Origin: Bdellovibrionota bacterium
Lineage (GTDB): Bacteria; Bdellovibrionota; UBA1018; CAUJDS01
Assembly: GCA_963169695.1 (NCBI GenBank)
Contig: CAUJDS010000011.1
Coordinates: 121,499-185,498 of the forward strand
Direction of reading: 5' to 3'
DNA length: 64,000 nt
Shown here in pieces: positions 57,236 to 64,000 of the stretch (the first letter of the stretch is position 1; each line of letters begins with the position of its first letter). Both the position numbers and the translations under genes were made by a program. The notes below the pieces were generated by a model. It was not told the origin of the DNA, searched no databases, and saw nothing but the letters and a program-made list of their open reading frames with translations.

Positions 57236-58447
57236 ATGAATTTCACCGATTCCTTGAGTCACGTGCGCAATCAATTTCATATCCCCGCCGGTAAAATCTA
57301 TTTCTGTGGTCACTCGCTCGGCCTTCAACCCAAAACGGCCGAAGCGTCCGTACTAACTGAGTTGGAAAGTTGGAGAGAAATTGCCATTCGTGGCTTCACG
57401 CAAGGCAAGAATGCTTGGGCAAAATACGTGGAGCCCCTTCGCGAAACTCTGGCGCCGTGGGTGGGGGCATCCGCTTCAGAAATAGGGTTTATGAATACCC
57501 TCACTACCAACCTTCATATTTTATTGGAGGACTTCTACCAACCCACCTCCGAGCGATTCAAAATTATGATCGAAGACCGCGCATTCCCCTCGGACCAGTA
57601 CGCGCTCGCCTCGCACCTACGATTGCACGGATTCGACCCCGAAAGTGCTTTGATTCGAGTCAAGCCTCAGCAAGGCACTTACGCTATTACTGAAGAGGAT
57701 TGGACACGCGCTTTTCAACAACATGGAAACAGCATCGCGTTGGTATTGATCGGTCATCCCAATTACCTAACGGGTCAGGCCTTCCCGATCCCTTTCCTTC
57801 AACAACGCGCTAAAGAATGTGGTGCTATCTTCGCGCTAGATCTAGCCCACGGTGTCGGCAATTTGGAATTAAGCCTTCACGACTGGCAGGTCGACTTCGC
57901 AGTCTGGTGCAACTACAAATACCTCAATGGCGGCCCTGGGGCAGTCGGTGGCTACTTTGTTCATGAGAAGCACGCTCATAGAAGCCGCAGCCATCGCTTA
58001 GAGGGATGGTGGGGAAATCGTGCAGAAACGCGATTCGAAATGCGCGATACGATCGATGCAGATTCTGGAGCCAATGGCCGTCAGATCAGCACTCCTAACA
58101 TCTTGTCACTGGCTTCACTTCGTGCAGGACTCGATATTTTTTCGAAGCTAGATCCAAAGGCTTACTTTAAAAGAAGACTTCAACTTACAAGCCATTTAGA
58201 AAAAGGTCTCTTAGCCCTTCAAAGCAAAGCCTTTTCTATTATTACGCCTTCAGATCCTTCACAGCGAGGCGCCGCGTTGACTCTTTTTTTTCACAGTGAC
58301 GCTGTTCCAGTAGAAGCGAAGCTCTCGGCCGCGGGAGTACTCTGTGACTTTCGAAGGCCCAATATGATTCGCGTTGCACCATCACCACTTTACACAAGTT
58401 TTGAAGAAGTCGATCGCTTCTGCGAAATACTTAAGAGCTGCATTTAG
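57236..58447 (+). CDS. kynU: Kynureninase
   Basis: 'IYFCGHSLGLQPK' and the PLP region 'DFAVWCNYKYLNGGPGAVGGYFVHEKH'. Length 403 aa. Confidence 0.85.
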   Translation: MNFTDSLSHVRNQFHIPAGKIYFCGHSLGLQPKTAEASVLTELESWREIAIRGFTQGKNAWAKYVEPLRETLAPWVGASASEIGFMNTLTTNLHILLEDFYQPTSERFKIMIEDRAFPSDQYALASHLRLHGFDPESALIRVKPQQGTYAITEEDWTRAFQQHGNSIALVLIGHPNYLTGQAFPIPFLQQRAKECGAIFALDLAHGVGNLELSLHDWQVDFAVWCNYKYLNGGPGAVGGYFVHEKHAHRSRSHRLEGWWGNRAETRFEMRDTIDADSGANGRQISTPNILSLASLRAGLDIFSKLDPKAYFKRRLQLTSHLEKGLLALQSKAFSIITPSDPSQRGAALTLFFHSDAVPVEAKLSAAGVLCDFRRPNMIRVAPSPLYTSFEEVDRFCEILKSCI

Positions 58448-58537
58448 TCATTTAAGAAAATATTACTTAACACAATTCTCATTGACAAATTCCCCACCCC
58501 ATCGCTATTTCTAAATGCTGGGGATAGGGGAAATCAT

Positions 58538-59872
58538 ATGGGGATGGGGATTGGGCGCATTGCGGCGCTTTCTTTTTTGGCATTTTCTTTTTCGAATTCA
58601 TGGGCAGCTCCTTCTTTGGAGAAAACACCCCTTCACTTTCCAGCAATTCAGCCAAGCACTTTACCGTCCAGTATTGGCTCTTGCCCAATAACTGGCGTAG
58701 CGCCGGATTTAGTGAGTCCCTGGGGAATATGGAAAGTCAAATTCATCGACATGGACGGCGACTTCATCGTCATTCACTATCAAAACACTAACGCTCCCAC
58801 GAGTCGCCCAGGATTTTTTAAGAACTTCATCATTAGTTGGCATAAAGCCGCTGGACTTGCGCCGTGGATTGTCTACGGCGGAAATGAAAATATCCAATAT
58901 CCTCGCATCAGCTCTTTGGGACACGTAGCCTTTCGGCATACCCAGGCTATTTCGCCCAATAATACCTTCGTGGAGGAGCAGCTCGTTGTTTGTCCCTTGG
59001 ATTTCAATCGAGGACTTGGGCAGTTTGATCCCTATGCGTGTGGCAGTGACCCTACACAACGAATGCTAGTGGAAGCCAAGCCCTACAATCAGCAGCTAGC
59101 CGGAATACCCAATTCCACCACGGACGGCGATCTCACTTCATGGGATTGGAGCGGAGACTACTTGGCCTACGGCCATAGCAGCATTAGCCAATACAGCGCA
59201 TTCCTCAGCGAATGGTACCTCCCTACCTCTACGAGTAACCTACTGGACTCAGCTCCTCCCCGTGCAGCGGTTTCCATTGCAAGTTACAATGGCGGTCGTG
59301 CAATGGGTTACTCATGGCTCTTTGCAAGTGGAACAATCTTTACACCTGGCTTCTCAATTCAAACGGGCTACTCCGCATCTTATCCAACCGGGACAGCCTT
59401 AAATCAGATGATCAATTATCATACAGAAACAACCGTCCCCGGAAGCTATGCCCTATTTTCTACGAATGCGAATGCATTCTTTTTTATCGGTGGAGAATGG
59501 CATCAAGTCTATGGGACCAGGGCTTCGGCAACTACCTACGGAAATCAGCTCAACTATCATTCTTCGGCCAATAACTATGCAACAACGACTGCAATCACTC
59601 CGTTGAGTTCCACCACCACAACTTACTCTCATCCGGTAAGGACCCAGTTTCAAGGAAATGAATACTTGCTCTTTGAAGCGCGTCCTCAGAATGGACCCGC
59701 ACGTCTAGATTTGTATCAATACAACTCTAGCTACTTTTTTGATCGAAGCATCACGGCATCCAGTCCCTTTACGGGCATCTTTATTCGGGGAGTTTCAGAC
59801 AATGTCATTTTAGCTCTTCAGTCGAACGGAAACGCTTCCTTCGACCAATACGCACTTCTTAAATGCCACTAG
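58538..59872 (+). CDS. Secreted protein rich in Ser/Thr/Tyr/Asn, function unknown
   Basis: Signal peptide 'ALSFLAFSFSNSWAAP'. The C-terminal half has low-complexity Y/S/T/N content. Confidence 0.45.
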   Translation: MGMGIGRIAALSFLAFSFSNSWAAPSLEKTPLHFPAIQPSTLPSSIGSCPITGVAPDLVSPWGIWKVKFIDMDGDFIVIHYQNTNAPTSRPGFFKNFIISWHKAAGLAPWIVYGGNENIQYPRISSLGHVAFRHTQAISPNNTFVEEQLVVCPLDFNRGLGQFDPYACGSDPTQRMLVEAKPYNQQLAGIPNSTTDGDLTSWDWSGDYLAYGHSSISQYSAFLSEWYLPTSTSNLLDSAPPRAAVSIASYNGGRAMGYSWLFASGTIFTPGFSIQTGYSASYPTGTALNQMINYHTETTVPGSYALFSTNANAFFFIGGEWHQVYGTRASATTYGNQLNYHSSANNYATTTAITPLSSTTTTYSHPVRTQFQGNEYLLFEARPQNGPARLDLYQYNSSYFFDRSITASSPFTGIFIRGVSDNVILALQSNGNASFDQYALLKCH

Positions 59873-59883
59873 GAATCTAATCT

Positions 59884-60663
59884 TTAGTAAAAATTCGACG
59901 TCATTTGCATGGCGTGTTCGGTGATGTAGGACATTAAGAAATCCTCTTGAGACTTCTGAATCTTTACAAAACTGGCGCCAGCTCTCAGACCATCGGGTCC
60001 AGGTACCGTGTTTCGAATGACAAGATCGAGGCTGATCTCTTGAGAGCGAATGGTAAATCGAAAACCACGAATAACCCGATTCGAAAAAAACTCACTCTTC
60101 CATTCCGCCGGAATGAAAAAGGAAAGTCCGCCCACACTGATGTCATAAATGGTCGAGCGAGTTTCCTCATTTGGTTTCTCTTTGGTAGGGTTGGGATGAG
60201 GATAAATACACTCTACACTATAGGCTTTTGGAATCGTCAGTCGTAAATCCTTGCGCCGTTGTGCTCGATAGACCTTATCACGCACCTGTAGAACAAAAAG
60301 TCCTTCCTTGAGCTTCTTATCCACAAAGATTTCAACTTGAATTCCATAGGCCACCTGTTTGGGAAACATCACCATTACGAAAGCATAACGACTTGGTGCT
60401 TCCGCAAAGGCCTTATAGGCTTCTAATTCTTTTTGATCGGACCGCAAATCGACGACGAACTGATTTTCTTTATTTTTGACGGTGGAAACGTACTTGCCGT
60501 GAAGGACAAGCTTCTTTCCCTCTGTCCATAGGATGATGCCAGCGTGAATGCTCTCCGCCCTCAAAAAGAACGCCTTCACCTTGCCCGGATCTTCTACAGG
60601 CACAAAGCGTTGATGAGTCGAGTTCTTTACTTGGAGATCAAACTGGGAACGCCCCTGAGACAT
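59884..60663 (-). CDS. PilZ-domain (YcgR-like) c-di-GMP-binding protein
   Basis: 'RRKDLRL' gives the RxxxR motif and 'DISVGGLSFF' gives the DxSxGG motif, in the order expected for a PilZ domain. The N-terminal region is a YcgR-like beta barrel. Confidence 0.6.
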   Translation of the reverse strand: MSQGRSQFDLQVKNSTHQRFVPVEDPGKVKAFFLRAESIHAGIILWTEGKKLVLHGKYVSTVKNKENQFVVDLRSDQKELEAYKAFAEAPSRYAFVMVMFPKQVAYGIQVEIFVDKKLKEGLFVLQVRDKVYRAQRRKDLRLTIPKAYSVECIYPHPNPTKEKPNEETRSTIYDISVGGLSFFIPAEWKSEFFSNRVIRGFRFTIRSQEISLDLVIRNTVPGPDGLRAGASFVKIQKSQEDFLMSYITEHAMQMTSNFY

Positions 60664-60737
60664 CTTTCTATTGTAACCATAGAAAAATCTCTCGTCTTTT
60701 TTTCTTTTGACTCGGCAGGTCTATCTCCTGTCATCTG

Positions 60738-63062
60738 CTACTTAGGACTCTCGTCACTGTATCGCGCCGTTTCCTTATCAAAAGTCACCCGAGGGTATTT
60801 GGGAGGAAAAAATTGTGATCCCAATTCATTCATTTTAAGCCCCTCGGGAGAGTAGAACTCGCCATTTTGAAAGATCAGAGGTTGCATTTCACCGTAGTCG
60901 GTCACCAAAGTAACTACTTTGACCCAGCTACTAAATCCACCCGAGTTATAAGGCAGTTCAAAGAAAGTAGAGGTGCCATCATTCACCGTACCGTTTTCCC
61001 AGCCTAAGGTGTGAGTGTGCCCAAAAATAGCCCTATCCGCTCCTCGTCTAAAGTCAGCCATGCTACCGCGTTTTCCATTGGCGCCCTTGTGTCCGTGCTC
61101 GCCCACCAATACTTTTCGGCCTTCGAGACTTCCAACCTTCCAGGATTCGCCATTCTCCATTATGGTCAGCCTGGCCTCATACTCCGGAGCCAATCCAAAC
61201 TTTCTTAGAGCATAAAGCAGGACGTTTTCGCCACGCTTGGCAATTACAGCGAGCTCCTCTGCCAAATCCTTGTTGTGAGGCTCATCTCGATAGGCTTCGT
61301 CCATCAAGTAACGAACCAACCAGAAGTCATGATTGGCAGGAATAACTCCAACTCTGGTTTTTTGAAACTTTCCAAAAAAGGCATTCAGAAAGGATGCCAC
61401 GTTTTCTAGCTCTCCCTGAAGGCTGTACTTGTCCTCTTTGATTCGGCGTGAAACGGAAAGGGCATTCTGCTTGTCCCAGTGACTAATCGAATGTCCGTTG
61501 ACAAGGTCTTGAAATCGAACGGCCTCTGGGTCGAAACCCATTAACTGCTCCATGCTTGCCATCATCAGCCATGGATCCGTATCACCGACGTGAGTATCCC
61601 CAAAGGTCAGCATTCTCACTGGCGAACTTCGGACCTCCTTCGCCGTATAGAACTTCCCTAGGTCGCTAAATCCGCCCATCTCTTCGACATACTCAATCCG
61701 TCTCAGATGCCAATCACCCACCGTTGCATCGGGAAGGGTATTTTTGCGCGAGGCGTTCTTTTCCAAAACAACCGCACCAAACCAATGTTCGTGCTTAGCA
61801 ATTTTTCTCCGTCGCGCTTTTTCTACCCCTCCAGGCTCATGCTTACTGTCATTGCTATTTTCAGTAAGCGCACCCGTGGAAACCCGAAACATATGGCGCT
61901 GACTATTTTCAGCAGTGGATACCGTTTTTGCAAAGGCCTTCGGAGATGCCACCACCCAAGTCTGACCACGAGGCCCGAGCCGATCGAGACTCATCAAGGG
62001 ATTCATCTGGGTCTGAAGTATGTTGATATTGCTTACCTTGAGCCAAGGTGCCAGCTCCACGGAATTAAACACCACATGAACTCGATCCGTCTCGACGAGC
62101 CCCACTGGAAGTCCAAACGTGCGATTGTTCTCCGGAATGACCAAGATAACGGCGTTCTTCTCCTTGGCATAAAGGAGCAGGGATTGAAAAAACCCCTCAT
62201 TCAACTCCTTGCCTGAAACCGCTGTCGTGATGACAACTCGATCCGCACGCACAATATCATCGAGCATCTCCTGAGCACGCTCAGGGGTATAAAGAAACTT
62301 GGTCTCCGTAACATCCAAAAAGGCTTTGGGCGCCTTTGCACGCGCTTGATCGTCGAGGTCCTTTTCGTCTCTGAACAGCTTCCCCTCTCCAATAAGTCGC
62401 ATGGCATCCGGAATGCTGATGCTTAACGCCCCAGCTATTTCATTCATGCTCGGAGTTTCTTGGATTTCCTTTGCACGTTTTGCGTAAGCCGTCAGTACGC
62501 GATGCCGAAGGGTCGCAATTTGATCGGTGGCGTACTTTGGATCTGCGAAAATCTCAGCGTAAAGATCCTTGGTCTCACCAAAAATCAACTCCAACTGACC
62601 AACAGGAGTCCCTAGGCGATCCGACAGCACTTCTTCGGTCGGCACAACGTAATGACCTTTGAGGTATTCGGCGGCAAAAGCAAGCATGCGCGCGCGGACA
62701 CTTGCAAAGCCCTCTCCATGCTTTTTCTTAGCGGAAGCCAAGAGTGCTTCAAAGTTCTTGGGAGCACCTTTTGCAGAAAAGAATGCTTGGACTTGCTGAA
62801 GTTCTATTCCGCTAAATGCTGCAAACTCTTCCAAGGTGGGAAGACGAAGCTTTTGTTTGACAAACTCCACTAAGACTCTTGAGTAGTCCTGTTTTTTGGA
62901 ATCTCCGGAGAGTCCGGAAGATGCCTTGCCCCTTCCACCATCAAAGGCCGCTTTGCATTGGCCAGAGAGTCTTGCAGCCTCCGCACCAGGAATGCTTGCT
63001 AGCAATAAAGCGAAAACCAGCCCTTTGGATTGCTTTGAATTTATTCCCATACATCCCCACAA
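60738..63062 (-). CDS. Large secreted calcineurin-like metallophosphoesterase
   Basis: Signal peptide 'LVFALLLASIPGAEA'. Phosphoesterase motifs 'FGDTHVGD', 'IPANHDFW' and 'GHTHTLGWENG' are present. A long unassigned N-terminal region precedes the catalytic domain. Confidence 0.5.
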   Translation of the reverse strand: MWGCMGINSKQSKGLVFALLLASIPGAEAARLSGQCKAAFDGGRGKASSGLSGDSKKQDYSRVLVEFVKQKLRLPTLEEFAAFSGIELQQVQAFFSAKGAPKNFEALLASAKKKHGEGFASVRARMLAFAAEYLKGHYVVPTEEVLSDRLGTPVGQLELIFGETKDLYAEIFADPKYATDQIATLRHRVLTAYAKRAKEIQETPSMNEIAGALSISIPDAMRLIGEGKLFRDEKDLDDQARAKAPKAFLDVTETKFLYTPERAQEMLDDIVRADRVVITTAVSGKELNEGFFQSLLLYAKEKNAVILVIPENNRTFGLPVGLVETDRVHVVFNSVELAPWLKVSNINILQTQMNPLMSLDRLGPRGQTWVVASPKAFAKTVSTAENSQRHMFRVSTGALTENSNDSKHEPGGVEKARRRKIAKHEHWFGAVVLEKNASRKNTLPDATVGDWHLRRIEYVEEMGGFSDLGKFYTAKEVRSSPVRMLTFGDTHVGDTDPWLMMASMEQLMGFDPEAVRFQDLVNGHSISHWDKQNALSVSRRIKEDKYSLQGELENVASFLNAFFGKFQKTRVGVIPANHDFWLVRYLMDEAYRDEPHNKDLAEELAVIAKRGENVLLYALRKFGLAPEYEARLTIMENGESWKVGSLEGRKVLVGEHGHKGANGKRGSMADFRRGADRAIFGHTHTLGWENGTVNDGTSTFFELPYNSGGFSSWVKVVTLVTDYGEMQPLIFQNGEFYSPEGLKMNELGSQFFPPKYPRVTFDKETARYSDESPK

Positions 63063-63940
63063 GTTCCGTACCCCAGGAGTGAGTTGCGAATGGACTTCGT
63101 GAATCGCTCCAATTGCTTTCCTCGAAATGCCTTCGGAAGATCAATGGATTCTCCAAGGATTTCGATATCACTCGCCTCCATTGGCTGCCCGTCCGCGCCT
63201 ATGATTGAATACCGAGGACGTGGCGTACGATAGGCTTGTCCCGATATACCCAAACGTCGCGCCTCATATCGATCTTCGGGAAGTCCAAGGTCAAAGATTC
63301 CGATTTTTACAGGGGCTAACTGTCCCGTCACTACGGTACGCAAGGCCTTCCAGTAGGCTTCAATCATCCCAGGAGTGTCATCTATGAGGTTGATCGTATG
63401 AACGGATTCCAAAGGCTTGCCCGCGCCCCTGCGAGATAGCCGAAGGTCACTTGTATCTAAAGGCTCGTCGGCGAGCGCCATGGCTAATGTCTTGACGAGT
63501 TTGGCTTTTCGATCGGCCATATCATGATCGAGCTCCAGGATATCGAACTCCGTCCGACTCAAGGAATAAATGCGAGCAAAATTGGGAAGGAATTTTATGT
63601 ATTCCTGCTTTCTGAGGTAAGTGAAAAATTCTTTCCATTCCTCGGTGCTATGGCCCCGCGCAGTGATAATACCAAAATTCTTAGCGGTTTCCTCGTGACT
63701 AAGCAGGAGCTCAATGACTCCCCAGAATCGCCCCTTCCATGTTCGACCACCGCCTTTTTCTGCTTCTTTCTCCGCTCGCTTAAAACTTCTTAGGAGGTGA
63801 TTCTGCCCCTTTTCGGCTTCCATGTAGTAGCGAAGGGAATCAAGGCCATCGAAAAGGTAGTTACCAGGACGGAATTTATTTCCGTTGAGATCCTCCGTCT
63901 CAAGATTCTGCGCACCCAATTTGCCGTGGTCGCGGGCCAA
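63041..63940 (-). CDS. Hypothetical protein (299 aa)
   Basis: ORF only. It overlaps the downstream gene by ~22 bp. Confidence 0.3.
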   Translation of the reverse strand: MARDHGKLGAQNLETEDLNGNKFRPGNYLFDGLDSLRYYMEAEKGQNHLLRSFKRAEKEAEKGGGRTWKGRFWGVIELLLSHEETAKNFGIITARGHSTEEWKEFFTYLRKQEYIKFLPNFARIYSLSRTEFDILELDHDMADRKAKLVKTLAMALADEPLDTSDLRLSRRGAGKPLESVHTINLIDDTPGMIEAYWKALRTVVTGQLAPVKIGIFDLGLPEDRYEARRLGISGQAYRTPRPRYSIIGADGQPMEASDIEILGESIDLPKAFRGKQLERFTKSIRNSLLGYGTCGDVWE

Positions 63941-64000
63941 TCGATGTTCTCGCTTGAGGCGTTGATAGGTTTCCCACGAAACTTCAACTTCTTCGGGTCC

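Noticed and set aside
58484-58515. Possible sigma70-like promoter (TTGACA ... ctatttc) upstream of the 58538 gene
   Set aside because: The -10 element is poor and the spacing is ambiguous. It cannot be supported without expression data.
1-64000. CRISPR arrays, rRNA, IS elements, transposases, integrases, phage genes
   Set aside because: No regularly spaced direct repeats were seen. No rRNA-like conserved stretches were seen. No DDE, tyrosine or serine recombinase motifs were found in any ORF.

Overview
The window is a 64-kb, ~50% GC bacterial chromosomal segment; gene content suggests a Bdellovibrio-like predatory deltaproteobacterium, but that is only an inference. No rRNA or tRNA genes, CRISPR arrays, transposases or integrases were seen.

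Housekeeping and clearly identifiable genes: topA, leuS, a truC-like pseudouridine synthase, ftsK, a photolyase, an ATM1-type ABC exporter, a phoB-phoR-porin operon, kynB-kynU, a nitronate monooxygenase, a ferredoxin, and CBS and STAS domain proteins. Many secreted or lipoprotein ORFs of unknown function lie between them.

Five regions stand out:
- A ~6.7-kb accessory 'conflict island' at 9.4-16.1 kb. Two paralogous COG1373 (AAA_14 + DUF4143) ATPases in direct orientation flank a Tae4-family peptidoglycan-amidase toxin gene, an overlapping candidate immunity gene, and a 5'-truncated tandem duplicate of that gene's 3' end. A second candidate toxin/immunity pair follows. The island is punctuated by at least five copies of a ~21-bp motif, GTCCCATAAGTAAGTCCGTAC, at cassette boundaries.
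- A 1621-aa protein that fuses an N-terminal M48-type Zn-peptidase motif to a C-terminal ABC1/UbiB-type atypical kinase domain.
- Three consecutive genes with prepilin-type N-termini. The middle one (507 aa) carries a poly-Gly tract and a ~150-aa C-terminal domain with about 24 cysteines in repeated CxxxxDC-type modules.
- A translationally coupled photolyase-DUF1223-ABC exporter triplet.
- An FtsK that lacks the C-terminal gamma (KOPS-reading) domain.

All calls come from reading the sequence and recalling family motifs. No database searches were run.
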